Position numbers and translations under genes: made by a program
Shown: one piece after another, positions 50,601 through 61,330 of the stretch
How the letters are laid out: every line of letters begins with the position of its first letter
How positions within the stretch are numbered: the first letter of the stretch is position 1
The notes under the pieces: generated by a model
The model's database searches: none
What the model was told of the DNA's origin: nothing
The model's input: only the letters and a program-made list of their open reading frames with translations
Source: Candidatus Spongiisociaceae bacterium
GTDB lineage: Bacteria; Actinomycetota; Acidimicrobiia; Spongiisociales; Spongiisociaceae
Direction of reading: 5' to 3'
Assembly: GCA_965202665.1 (NCBI GenBank)
Contig: OZ241841.1
Coordinates: 672,001-736,000 of the forward strand
Length of the DNA stretch: 64,000 bases

Positions 50601-51068
50601 TCATTTTACCTCATCTAAATCAGGGGCTTTTGGTGGGAGGAGGGTGAATTGGGCTTTTAGGGTTCCTACGGTTTTGCCTTGGGCGGTTACTTCTACTTTC
50701 ACGTCCAGGCGGGCTTTGCCTCCCTTTTCCAGGGCGGGGCGCAACTTGGACCATTGGCCGTCTGTGATTTCGGTTTGGGCTACGGGGTCGGCGGCGGCCG
50801 GTCGGTGATAGGAGTATTCACTGCGGCGCACCACTATGCGGTGCTGCCATCCCTCCCGGCGCAGGCGGTTCAGCGCCGCCGCGGCGGCCGTCAGCAGGCC
50901 CAGGGCGTTCAGGCTGCCGCCGAACACCGTCCCTTCGTGGTTGATGTTGGGCCGGAGCGGGATGGTCAACCGGGCGCTCCCCTCCTGCAGCCGGATCACC
51001 CGCACCCCCATCGCCGCCGACAGGGGCGCCGCGCGGTGCAGCCATTCGGTCATCTCCCCGGGCGTCAT
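50601..51068 (-). CDS. YiiD-C-like thioesterase (hot-dog fold) protein
   Basis: PLS.AMGV.V, PL.PNINH.GT.FGGSL, Y..P. Confidence 0.8.
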   Translation of the reverse strand: MTPGEMTEWLHRAAPLSAAMGVRVIRLQEGSARLTIPLRPNINHEGTVFGGSLNALGLLTAAAAALNRLRREGWQHRIVVRRSEYSYHRPAAADPVAQTEITDGQWSKLRPALEKGGKARLDVKVEVTAQGKTVGTLKAQFTLLPPKAPDLDEVK

Positions 51069-51138
51069 CCCCTCCCCTTGCCCAATATGAAACTTCATTG
51101 CCCGGCAAAACCTAGCGGGGCGGGTAGCCTCCCCCCTT

Positions 51139-51966
51139 ATGAAAATCGGATACCAGGGCGAAGGCGGCTCCTATTCGGCCCGCGCCGCCGGGGAACTTTT
51201 TCCCGGCCGCGAGCACATCGGATACCCCGGGTTCGCCCACGCTTTCAACGCCCTCCAAGACGGCTCGGCGGAACGGCTGGTGCTCCCCTTCGAAAACTCC
51301 ACCACCGGGAGCGTGTTGCCGGTGCTGGACCGCCTCACCCGCTATCCGGTGGCCATCATCGGCGAACACCTCATCCAGGTGCGCCACGCCCTGATCGGCT
51401 TGCCCGGCGCCGCCGTGGACGGCATCCGAAAAATCAGTTCCCACCCCCAGGCCCTGGCCCAAGCCGAAGACCGGATCGAACGGCGGGGCTGGGAACCGGC
51501 CCCCGCCCACGACACGGCCGGAGCGGTGCGGCAGGTGGCCGCCGCCGCCGACCCCGCTTTGGCCGCCCTGGCCCCCCCGGAGTCGGCCGCCGAACACGGG
51601 CTGGCGGTGCTGGCCACCGACTTTATGGACCGGGAACACAACACCACCCGCTTCGTGGTGCTCACCCTCGGCGAACATCCGATCGCGGAGGACGCCGACA
51701 AAACCTCGTTCGTGTTCGCCACCGCCCACACCCCGGGCGCCCTGGCCCTGTCCCTGGCCGAACTGGGCCTGCGGGGGGCCAACCTCACCCATTTGGAATC
51801 CCGCCCCGGCCGGGAAGCCTGGAAATACTATTTCTACGCCGACATGCTCCATCCCCCCGGCCCGCAGGGGGTTAAAGAAATGTTGGAACCTCCGCTGGCC
51901 ACCGTGTCCGACCTGCGGGTGCTGGGAACTTACCGCTCGGTCGACCTCGGCCAACCGCCCCGCTGA
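51139..51966 (+). CDS. pheA: Prephenate dehydratase
   Basis: YQGE.GSYS, P.ENST.GSV, SHPQALAQ, NTTRF, NLT.LESRP ACT domain. Confidence 0.93.
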   Translation: MKIGYQGEGGSYSARAAGELFPGREHIGYPGFAHAFNALQDGSAERLVLPFENSTTGSVLPVLDRLTRYPVAIIGEHLIQVRHALIGLPGAAVDGIRKISSHPQALAQAEDRIERRGWEPAPAHDTAGAVRQVAAAADPALAALAPPESAAEHGLAVLATDFMDREHNTTRFVVLTLGEHPIAEDADKTSFVFATAHTPGALALSLAELGLRGANLTHLESRPGREAWKYYFYADMLHPPGPQGVKEMLEPPLATVSDLRVLGTYRSVDLGQPPR

Positions 51967-52122
51967 GCCCCCCTCCCCCGCCCGCCAAAAAAGCCCGGCC
52001 CCCGCCGAACCGCCAACCCTTCCCCCTTGGTCGGGCCCGCTCCCCCGGCGGGAGCCGAAGGGAGCGGGCTGATGTTGTTGCTTCGCCGGAACCCCGGGAG
52101 TCCTCCCGGAAACGCCGCCGAC

Positions 52123-52311
52123 CTACCAGGCCACGCTCTCAATGTGGAACAGGGCCAGGTCGACCGGACGCTCCTCGGTCTGGATCTCCACGAAGTCGAT
52201 CCCGACCTCGGTGGGGATGCCGTCCACGCGGGTGCCGGACGCGGTGATGACCGCCAGAGGGTGAGAAAGCCTCTCAGCCTCCTGGATGCGGTCCCTGAGC
52301 GTGGGTCGCAT
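52123..52311 (-). CDS. Small hypothetical protein with an Sm/Hfq-like residue pattern
   Basis: 62 aa with GC-biased codons; helix followed by P.AVITASGTRVDG...FVEI...LFHIESV. Confidence 0.6.
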   Translation of the reverse strand: MRPTLRDRIQEAERLSHPLAVITASGTRVDGIPTEVGIDFVEIQTEERPVDLALFHIESVAW

Positions 52312-52533
52312 GATGCGCCTCCAATCGCTAGATTACGTTACATATGACAATGTGCCCAATTTTTGGACGAAAAACAACCCCTTGCCTTGTGTTTTATTTC
52401 GCGTTCTCCAAGACCGCCCGCCGACCCGCCGAAACCCCTTCCCGCCGGGCCTTCCCCACCCGGGGAGTCCCCGAAACGGCCAACCGGGGGATGGAGTTCG
52501 GATAGGGCGCCGGTTCTGGTAAAAATATGAGAT

Positions 52534-52839
52534 ATGAAAACCCCCATGGCGGGCCCGGCCGCCCCTATCGTCATCGACCGCCCGCAGACGGATGAAACCG
52601 TCGGCTACGACCATGGCTGGAACGTGGTGGTGTGGAACGACCCGGTGAACCTGATGTCGTACGTGGTTTTGGTGTTCCGCCGCCTGTTCGGGTATTCGGA
52701 GGAGAAAGCCACCCTGCTGATGCTGGAAGTGCACCACCAGGGCCGTTCCATCGTCAACACCGCCCCCCGGGAGCGGGCCGAGATGGACTGCTACGCCCTG
52801 CACCGCCACGGCCTGTGGGCCACTCTGGAACAGGCGTGA
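52534..52839 (+). CDS. clpS: ATP-dependent Clp protease adaptor ClpS
   Basis: WNVVVWNDPVNLMSYV, LMLEVH..G, LH..GLWATL. Confidence 0.95.
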   Translation: MKTPMAGPAAPIVIDRPQTDETVGYDHGWNVVVWNDPVNLMSYVVLVFRRLFGYSEEKATLLMLEVHHQGRSIVNTAPRERAEMDCYALHRHGLWATLEQA

Positions 52840-53369
52840 AACTCCCGTTCGGCGCCCATCCGGACGGGGTGGAGGTGCGGGTGGGCGACGACCACCTGCT
52901 CGCTTTGGAAATGATCCCCGACCTGCTGGATTCGGTGGGGGCGGCCGAAGGCGACCCGGCCCTGCGCCGCCTCACTCCCTCCGCCTACCCGGAAGATCAC
53001 GACGCCCAGGAGGAATACGGGCGGCTGACCCAGCCCGAACTGGAACGGGAACGCACCGCCGACCGCCGCGTCTTGGACGAACTGCTGACCGCCCGGCAAC
53101 AGGCCGGACCGGAAGATGCGAAGGTGCTGGGGGAAGAGGGTGCGGAGGCCCTGTTGCGGGTGATGAACGAGTCGCGGCTGACGCTGGCCGCCCGGCTGGG
53201 AATCGAAGACGAAGCCTGGGAGAAGGCGCCGGACCGCCCCGACCAAGAATCGCCCGCCATGATGCTCCTGCGCTATCTCACTTTCCTGCAGGAAGCCCTC
53301 ATCGAAACCCTGACCGGCTACTCCCCGCCCCCGCCCGCCCGCCCGTCCGCGGGGGCGGACCGCCCGTAA
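52836..53369 (+). CDS. DUF2017 family protein
   Basis: DPALRRL.P.AY..D....EY.RLT, LR..N..RL.LA.RLGI, YL..LQE.LI; canonical clpS neighbour. Confidence 0.85.
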   Translation: MKLPFGAHPDGVEVRVGDDHLLALEMIPDLLDSVGAAEGDPALRRLTPSAYPEDHDAQEEYGRLTQPELERERTADRRVLDELLTARQQAGPEDAKVLGEEGAEALLRVMNESRLTLAARLGIEDEAWEKAPDRPDQESPAMMLLRYLTFLQEALIETLTGYSPPPPARPSAGADRP

Positions 53370-53715
53370 AACCGGGCGGGGAAAAATCCGGGGAAACGGG
53401 GGCGCGGGGCAGACGGCCTGGCATGTTGCAGACAGCCAAGGCCGAAAGCGATGAGGAGGTTTTCCCATGAAGGTGTCCATGACGGTCAACGGCCGGCGGG
53501 CCGCGGCCGACGTTGAACCGCGCACGCTCCTCGCCCATATCTCACTTTCCTGTTCCTGCAGGAAGCCCTCATCGAAACCCTGACCGGCTACCCCCCGCCC
53601 CCCATGGACCGCCCGTAAAACCGGGATAAAAAATTTCGGGGATAGGGGGGCGCGGGGCGGGCGGGCCTGGTATGTTGCAAAACAGCCAAGGCCGAAAGCG
53701 ATGAGGAGGTTTTCC

Positions 53716-54230
<515 letters not shown>

Positions 54231-54234
<4 letters not shown>

Positions 54235-56609
54235 AAACCACCAGCGTGCTGGGCGGCGTTGTCCGCCGCCGGGAAGACCCCGCGCTCATCCAGGGCAGGG
54301 GCCGTTACACGGACGATGTGAAACTGGCGGGGACGGCCCACGCCGCCTTCGTCCGCAGTCCTTTCGCCCACGCCAAAGTGCTGTCGGTGGACGCCTCCGC
54401 GGCCAAGGCGATGGACGGAGTGCTGGCCGTCTACACCGCGGCCGACGTGGAGCATCTGGGAACCCTGGTGGCCCAGGTGCCGGTGGGCAAAGTCCGGCCG
54501 TTGCTGAACGGCGGAACCGTGAAACACTTGGGGGAGGCGGTGGCCATGGTGGTGGCGGCCGACCCCTATCTGGCCCGGGACGCGGCCGATGCGGTGGACG
54601 TGGACTACGACCCGTTGCCGGCGGTGATCGACCTGAAAGAGTCGCTGAGCGACGCCTCCAAGGTGCATGACGATTTGGATTCCAACACCCTCATCTCCTG
54701 GGCGGGCCCGTTCGGGATGGAAGCGGACGCCCTGGCCGAGCATCGGGCGCAAATCCAAGCCGCCAAGTCGGAGCCGGGGGCGGTGACGGTCTCCCAGGAG
54801 ATGCTCAACCAGCGCCTGATCCCGGTTCCCATCGAACCCCGTTCGGTGCTGGCCGACTACCAGGCGGGCTACGACCGGTTCGACATCTACTCCTCCACCC
54901 AGATTCCGTCCGCCTTGGCCGGGGCCATCGGGCGTTACTTCGGGATGGGCCTCAACCAAGTGACGGTCAAAGCCATGGAAGTGGGGGGCGGGTTCGGCTG
55001 CAAACTCAACGTCTACAACGACGAAGTGCTGACCGCTTTCGCCTCCAAAGATTTGGGATGCCCGGTGAAATGGACGGAAACGCGGCGGGAAGCGGCCCAT
55101 TCCACCATCCAGGGGCGGGGCTGGGTGGCCACCGCCACCCTCACCGGCGACCGGTCGGGCGTCATCACCGGCTTCGAGTTGGAGGGCGTGGCCGACATGG
55201 GGGCCTACTCGCAGAACTTCACGGTGGCCATCCCCTTCCTGGGGTTGTTCGTCGGCTCCGGCCAGTACAAGTTCCCCACCTACTGGAAAATGGACTGCGT
55301 GGCCACCCACACCATGACCACCGACGCCTACCGGGGGGCGGGACGCCCGGAGGCCGCCTACTACCTGGAGCGCATCATCGACATGTACGCCCGGGAAATA
55401 GGCATGGACCCGGCCGAAGTGCGGTGCCGCAACTACATTCCCGCCTCCGACTTCCCCGGAGCGACCTCCCCGATGGGGTTCGCCATGGACACCGGCGACT
55501 ACGAAGCCAACCTGGACGCCGCCTTGGAAGCCGCCGGATGGCAAGGCCTGCTGGCCGAACGGGACGCGGCCCGGGCCGCCGGACGGCACGTGGGGGTGGG
55601 CCTGGCCACCTACGTGGAAGTGTGCGGGTTCGGCCCCTCCGGCCTGGTGGACCTGGGGTTCTCCTGGGCCGAATACCAGATGCCGTCCGCTTTCAACGGC
55701 TCCGGCCTGGTGCGGGTGCACCCGGACGGGACCGCCACCGTGTCCATCGGCACCGGACCCTCCGGCCAGGGGCACCAGACCACTTGGGCGCAGATCGTCT
55801 CCGACGGCCTGGGCTTGGACGTGGACAAAATCCGGGTCATCCACGGCGACACCGAAGAGTCCCCGCCCAGCATCGGCAGTTTCGGCTCCCGGTCGGCGGC
55901 GGTAGACGGGTCGGCCTGCTACGAGGCGACCCAGAAGGTGCGGGCCAAAGCGGCCAAAATCGCCGCCCACCTGCTGGAAGCCTCCGAAGCCGACATCGAG
56001 TTCGCCGACGGGGGGGCGCATGTGGCGGGAACCCCGGACAGCGCCGTCGCCTGGGAGGACATTTCCCGCACCGCCTACCAGCCCCACCTGTTGCCGGAGG
56101 GGATGGAAGGCGGCCTGGAAGCCCACGCCATTTTCAGCCCCGGCAACGCCACCTGGCCGTTCGGAACCCATATCGCGATGGTGGAGGTGGACGCCGACAC
56201 CGGCGACGTGACCATCTTGCGCTATCTGGGAATGGACGACTGCGGCAACGTCATCAGCCCGATGATCGTGGACGGCCAGATTCACGGCGGCATCGCCCAA
56301 GGGGTGGGGCAGGCCATGTTCGAAGACGCGGCGTACGACGACGAGGGCAACCTGCTGGCCGGGTCGCTGATGGACTACATTCTGCCCACCGCCGTCGACC
56401 TGCCCTCCTTCGAGCTGAACCGCACCACCACCCCCACCGACGTCAACCCGTTGGGCGTGAAAGGCATCGGGGAGGCGGGGACCATCGGCTCGGCGCAGAC
56501 GGTGGTCAACGCGGTGGTGGACGCCTTGCAGCCCCTGGGGGTGAAGCACATTGACATGCCGTTGCGCCCCCGGCGGGTTTGGCAGGCCATCCGGGACGCC
56601 TCGGCGTAG
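54231..56609 (+). CDS. CoxL-like molybdopterin large subunit (form II type)
   Basis: [51 protein letters not shown]. Confidence 0.93.
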
Positions 56610-56622
56610 GGAGGAGGAGACC

Positions 56623-57486
56623 ATGTATCCCAAACAGTTCGACTACATTGCGCCCGCCGACCTGCGCGAAGCTTTGGCGGCTTTGGACGCCAACCCGGGG
56701 GCGAAGGTGCTGGCGGGCGGGATGAGCCTGTTGCCGATGATGAAGATGCGCCTCCTTTCCCCGGAGATGGTGGTGGACATCGGACGCATCGGCGGCCTGG
56801 ACCGGATCACCGACCGGGGCGACTCCATTTGCATAGGGGCCCTGGTGCGGCACGCCGACGTGGCGGCCAGCTCCCTGGTGCGGGACCATGCGGCCGCTTT
56901 GGCCGCGGCCGCCGCCTGGACCGGGGACCGGCAGGTGCGCAACCGGGGCACCTGTTGCGGTTCCATGGCCCACGCCGATGCGGTAGCCGACCAACCGGTG
57001 GCCGCCCTGGCCCTGGAAGCCACCATGGTGGCCGTCTCCTCGCAGGGGACGCGGAGCATCGCGGCCGCCGACTTCTTCGTGGACACCCTCGCCTCCGCCC
57101 TGCGCCCCAACGAGATCCTCACCGAAATCCACATTCCCAAAACCGGTTCCGGCTCCGCCTCCGCCTACGACAAACTGGGCCGCCGGGGGGGGCACAGCGA
57201 CTACGCGGTGGCCGGGGCGGCGGTGCGGGTGACCCGCTCCAACGGGCATATCGCCTCGGCGACGGTGGCCCTCACCGGAGTGGGAAGCCGCCCGATTCTG
57301 GCCCGGGGGGCGATGGAGGCCTTGGCCGGTTCGGACGGCTCGCCGTCCGCCGTGGAAGAAGCGGCCGCCCGCGCCGCCGACGGGGTGGAAGTGCTGGAGG
57401 ACCTGTACGGGTCGGTGGAATACAAGACCCATCTGGCCAAAGTGTTCACCGCCCGGGCCGTCCGGCAAGCCCTGGCCGCCGCTTGA
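56623..57486 (+). CDS. CoxM-like FAD-binding subunit
   Basis: MYP..FDY, LAGGMSLLP.MK.RL, QVRNRGT..GS.AHAD, EYK.HL. Confidence 0.93.
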   Translation: MYPKQFDYIAPADLREALAALDANPGAKVLAGGMSLLPMMKMRLLSPEMVVDIGRIGGLDRITDRGDSICIGALVRHADVAASSLVRDHAAALAAAAAWTGDRQVRNRGTCCGSMAHADAVADQPVAALALEATMVAVSSQGTRSIAAADFFVDTLASALRPNEILTEIHIPKTGSGSASAYDKLGRRGGHSDYAVAGAAVRVTRSNGHIASATVALTGVGSRPILARGAMEALAGSDGSPSAVEEAAARAADGVEVLEDLYGSVEYKTHLAKVFTARAVRQALAAA

Positions 57487-57555
57487 GCGGCCGCCGGCCC
57501 GCCGGCGAATGGCGCGGGCCCGGCGGGGCGGGCTATACTGGAAACATATGCCCCC

Positions 57556-57633
57556 GGGGGCGTGGTGAAGTCTGGAGTTCACGCCGGCCTGTCAAGCCGG
57601 AGGTCGCGGGTTCAAATCCCGTCGTCCCCGCCA
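57556..57633 (+). tRNA. tRNA-Asp(GTC)
   Basis: Acceptor GGGGGCG/CGTCCCC, anticodon arm CCGGC-CT GTC AA-GCCGG, GGTTCAAATCC T-arm, encoded CCA; TATACT -10 upstream. Confidence 0.96.
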
Positions 57634-57669
57634 CGGACCGACCCTTGTCCGGTCGGTCCGTTCCTGCGG

Positions 57670-57742
57670 GGCCAGATAGCTCAGTCGGTAGAGCGCTGCT
57701 CTGAAAAAGCAGAGGTCCCCGGATCGACGCCGGGTCTGGCCA
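57670..57742 (+). tRNA. tRNA-Phe(GAA), CCA not encoded
   Basis: Acceptor GGCCAGA/TCTGGCC, TAGCTCAGTCGGTAGAGC D-arm, CTGCT-CT GAA AA-AGCAG anticodon arm; T-loop reads GATCGA. Confidence 0.92.
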
Positions 57743-57743
57743 C

Positions 57744-58652
57744 ATGTCAAATGTCATCCGGGTCGACGGCCTGGTCAAAAAGTACGGCGACGTCACCGCG
57801 GTGGCGGGCATCAGTTTCACCATCGACGAGGGGGAGGTGGTGGCCCTGCTGGGACCGAACGGGGCGGGCAAAACCACCGCGGTGGAGGTCATGGAGGGGT
57901 TCCGGCAAGCCGACGAAGGCCAAGTGGAGGTGCTGGGACACGACCCGGGGGCGGCAAGCCGGGAGTTCCGGGACCGGATCGGGATCGTGCTGCAGGAAAC
58001 CGGCATTGAACAAAACATCCGAGTGCGGGAAGCTTTGGACTTTTACGGCGCCTCCTTTTCCCGCCGCCTGCCCACCGCCGACCTGATAGAAAAGGTGGGC
58101 CTGGGCGAGAAAGCCGACGCCAAAATCAAAACCTTGTCCGGCGGCCAGAAACGGCGCTTGGACTTGGCTTTGGGGCTGGTGGGGGATCCGGACCTGGTTT
58201 TCTTGGACGAGCCGACCACCGGGTTCGACCCGGCCGCCCGGCGCAAGTCGTGGGAGTTGGTGGAGGGCCTTACCTCCCTGGGCAAGACCATCCTGCTCAC
58301 CACCCATTATCTGGACGAAGCCCAGCATCTGGCCGACCGGGTGATCGTCCTCTCACAGGGGCTGATTGTGGCCGAAGGCGCCCCGGACGAGATCGGGGCG
58401 GAAGACCGGCTGACCGCGGTCAGTTTCCGAATCGACGATCCTTCCCTGCTGCCCCGGGTGGATGAGGAACCGATTTTTGAGGAGGGGACGGCGACCTACC
58501 AAACCGGCCAACCGACCGCCCTGCTCTACCAGTTGACCCGCTGGGCGACAGAACGGGGAGGGGAACTGGAAGGTTTGACGGTGGCCCTCCCCAGCCTGGA
58601 AGAGGTTTACCTGGACATAGTGGGCGAGACGGAAACGGAGGGAAGCGAATGA
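57744..58652 (+). CDS. ABC-2 type exporter ATP-binding protein
   Basis: GPNGAGKTT, LSGGQKRR, FLDEPTTG, TTHYLDEA. Confidence 0.95.
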   Translation: MSNVIRVDGLVKKYGDVTAVAGISFTIDEGEVVALLGPNGAGKTTAVEVMEGFRQADEGQVEVLGHDPGAASREFRDRIGIVLQETGIEQNIRVREALDFYGASFSRRLPTADLIEKVGLGEKADAKIKTLSGGQKRRLDLALGLVGDPDLVFLDEPTTGFDPAARRKSWELVEGLTSLGKTILLTTHYLDEAQHLADRVIVLSQGLIVAEGAPDEIGAEDRLTAVSFRIDDPSLLPRVDEEPIFEEGTATYQTGQPTALLYQLTRWATERGGELEGLTVALPSLEEVYLDIVGETETEGSE

Positions 58653-59437
58653 GCGACTCCGCCCTGCTCTGGCGCCACATAAGGCATGCCAACCGGGTGT
58701 TCTGGCGGGAGCCGCTGGCCGCCTTTTTCACGATGGCCTTCCCGCTGATGTTCCTGTTGCTGTTCGGCTTTATCTTCGAAGACACCTCGTGGGTAACCGG
58801 ATTGTCCTTCGCCCAGTTTTTCACGCCGGCCATCGCCGTGTTCGCCGCCGCCACCGCCACTTTCACCAACCTGGCGATCGGCATGTCCATTCTCCGGGAC
58901 GAGGGGGTGCTGAAAAGGGCCCGCTCCACCCCGGTTCCTCCCTGGCTGTACATGTCGGGCAAGATACTGTCTTCGGTGTGGACCGCTTTTCTGGCCATCG
59001 TCATAATGTTCGCCTTGGGATGGCTCCTGTTCGGCTTCGTGGTGGTGTGGGAGAACGTTCCGGTGTCCCTGCTGGTGTTCGCAGTGGGGACGGCCACCAT
59101 GTCGGCCATGGGCCTGGCGGTGTGCTCCCTGGTGAAAACCGGCACCACCGCCCCGGCGGTGGCCAACGCCATAATCCTGCCCATGGCTTTCCTGTCCGGC
59201 ATTTTCATCTCGCTGGAGAACGCCCCTCGTTGGTTGGTGGTTCTAGGCGACATCCTGCCCCTCAAACATTTCGCGGCCCTGTTCGGCCGGGCTTTCACCC
59301 CCGCCGAAGCGGTGACTGTGCTGTACGAGGGCCCCGTCCTGGGTTGGGAGCGATTAGCGGTAATGGCCGGCTGGTTCCTGCTCAGCCTGTTCCTGGCCCT
59401 CCGCTTCTTCCGCTGGGAACCCCGCGGCGCCAAATAA
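58649..59437 (+). CDS. ABC-2 type exporter permease
   Basis: WREP.AAFFT..FPL, RDEGVLKR...TP, FLSG.F, six TM segments. Confidence 0.92.
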   Translation: MSDSALLWRHIRHANRVFWREPLAAFFTMAFPLMFLLLFGFIFEDTSWVTGLSFAQFFTPAIAVFAAATATFTNLAIGMSILRDEGVLKRARSTPVPPWLYMSGKILSSVWTAFLAIVIMFALGWLLFGFVVVWENVPVSLLVFAVGTATMSAMGLAVCSLVKTGTTAPAVANAIILPMAFLSGIFISLENAPRWLVVLGDILPLKHFAALFGRAFTPAEAVTVLYEGPVLGWERLAVMAGWFLLSLFLALRFFRWEPRGAK

Positions 59438-59462
59438 CCGAACCATCTAGGCGACACCGACC

Positions 59463-60200
59463 ATGCAACGCAACGAAATCAAAGAACTCCACTACATAAC
59501 CCACATCGACAACGTACCGTCCATCCTCTGCCTAGGCATCCTAAGCCACCATGCGGCTCAGCGTCTCCCTCATAAAACAGTGGATAACAAAAAGGTGCAG
59601 ACCCGCCGGGCTGATAGGGTCATACCAAACGGGCTCCCCCTGCATCAATACGCAAATCTGTACTTCTGCGCCAGAAACGCAATGCTGTCCGCCATCACCC
59701 ACCAGAGGGACAACACCTGCGAGGCGTCCCCATACAAAGAAAGCCCGTTATTTCCCGAGTACGCCATCACCCACCGGGAAGATAACCCATGTGAGGACGA
59801 GGATATAGTTGTTCTCCAAATTGCTCCCGCGGTTTTGAATCTGCCCAACGTGATCATTACAGAAATCAACGCGGCCGCTGGCATCAAGCCGCGCTGGCAC
59901 ACGGCGACGGACGGCCTTCCCAAACTTGATGTCGAAAAAATCTACGCCGACTCTTGGATTCATCCCGACCCCTATGAAAAACGGATCCTAAAACAGCATG
60001 TGATGGCCGAGGCGCTGGTACCGCGTCAGGTGCGTCCCGAGCACATCACGGGAGCCTACGTCGTTTCTCAGGCGGTTGCCGATATTTTGTCGCAGTCCGC
60101 GCCTACACTGAAAAACATAATGGTGTTGCCGTACATGTTCTTCCAAGAGCCGCGACCCCAACATTTGCCGTACCTTCCCGCAAGCGGCGAAAAGCGATGA
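59463..60200 (+). CDS. darT: DarT DNA ADP-ribosyltransferase toxin (DUF4433)
   Basis: YITHIDN.PSIL..GILS, VQ.RR, LH.YANLYF..RN.ML, AEALV (catalytic Glu). Confidence 0.88.
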   Translation: MQRNEIKELHYITHIDNVPSILCLGILSHHAAQRLPHKTVDNKKVQTRRADRVIPNGLPLHQYANLYFCARNAMLSAITHQRDNTCEASPYKESPLFPEYAITHREDNPCEDEDIVVLQIAPAVLNLPNVIITEINAAAGIKPRWHTATDGLPKLDVEKIYADSWIHPDPYEKRILKQHVMAEALVPRQVRPEHITGAYVVSQAVADILSQSAPTLKNIMVLPYMFFQEPRPQHLPYLPASGEKR

Positions 60201-61315
60201 GCAACGTCACCGTCCGCACGGGCGACCTCTTTCAGTCAAAGGCGCAAACCTTGACCAACACGGTCAACACTGTGGGCGTGATGGGCAAAGGCATCGCCCT
60301 CGAATTCAAAAAGAGGTTTCCCAAGATGCACGAGGACTACTTGCGCCGGTGCGAAAGGGGCGAGGTAGCGCTCGGAAAGCCTTACCTGTTCAAGGAAACG
60401 ATGTTCGAGCAATGGATACTCAACTTTCCGACCAAAGAAGGCTGGCGAACCCGCTCTAGTCTGTCCGCCATCCAAGAGGGCCTCGCCTACCTGCGCGGGC
60501 ATATCCATGAATGGGGAATCACGTCGCTGGCCGTACCGCCCCTGGGATGCGGGTATGGCGGCTTGGAATGGAGCATCGTCGGGCCTGCTCTATACCGCGG
60601 CCTCGCCCAGCTGGATATTCCAGTTGAGCTGTACGCACCGTATGGAACCCCTCACGAAGAACTGCAAATTGATTTTTTGGGCTCCGTGATGGACGAAGGC
60701 GAAGAACCGGGGGCAAAGATGTCCGCCGCCGGAGTAGCCTTAGCCGCCATCCTCCAAGAAATCACTTCGCAGAAATACCACTACCCCATTGGGCGGATCA
60801 GCATGCGGAAAATCGCCTATTTCGCCACCCGAGCCGGTATTCCCACCGGGCTTGAATTTGATGAGTGGCGATCTTGGGAGCCTAAAGCCGAAGGTCTCCG
60901 GAGTCTGCTTACCAACCTGGCCAACCACGGCCTCATTCAGGAACGTAAAAACGGACAAATGTTCGTCACGGAACCGGGACCGACCTTGGCTGATGCGCAA
61001 CTGGCTTTCAAAGACGAACTTGCCGGTTGGAAAGACGAAATAGAACGGGTGGCCGATTTGTTTCTACGAGTACCCAATACGAAATGGGCTAAATTGTTCG
61101 CCGCCGTCCAATATCAAACTGACCTATTGGCGAACCAACACCAAGCCCGCAACCAAGGCCCCGTCTTGGAGGAGAAGGTGGCGACAACCGTCAAGCCGCG
61201 CCTAGAAAAGACAACGACACCCACCAGCGACGATATCAAGGTCGCTATTCGTACCCTTTCCTTCCTTCGCTGGATTGACGTCCCGCTGGAGGAGGATGAA
61301 TTGTTGGACGTGTGA
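60197..61315 (+). CDS. darG: DarG antitoxin (macrodomain plus C-terminal toxin-binding domain)
   Basis: GDLF, NTVNTVGVMGKGIA, NFPTK, PPLGCGYGGL.W, C-terminal KIAYF; ATGA overlap with darT. Confidence 0.9.
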   Translation: MSNVTVRTGDLFQSKAQTLTNTVNTVGVMGKGIALEFKKRFPKMHEDYLRRCERGEVALGKPYLFKETMFEQWILNFPTKEGWRTRSSLSAIQEGLAYLRGHIHEWGITSLAVPPLGCGYGGLEWSIVGPALYRGLAQLDIPVELYAPYGTPHEELQIDFLGSVMDEGEEPGAKMSAAGVALAAILQEITSQKYHYPIGRISMRKIAYFATRAGIPTGLEFDEWRSWEPKAEGLRSLLTNLANHGLIQERKNGQMFVTEPGPTLADAQLAFKDELAGWKDEIERVADLFLRVPNTKWAKLFAAVQYQTDLLANQHQARNQGPVLEEKVATTVKPRLEKTTTPTSDDIKVAIRTLSFLRWIDVPLEEDELLDV

Positions 61316-61330
61316 CCGTAATAGAGGAGG

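Noticed and set aside
57633-57661. Perfect 11-bp hairpin between the two tRNAs
   Set aside because: Typical tRNA-operon spacer structure; no evidence of a separate element
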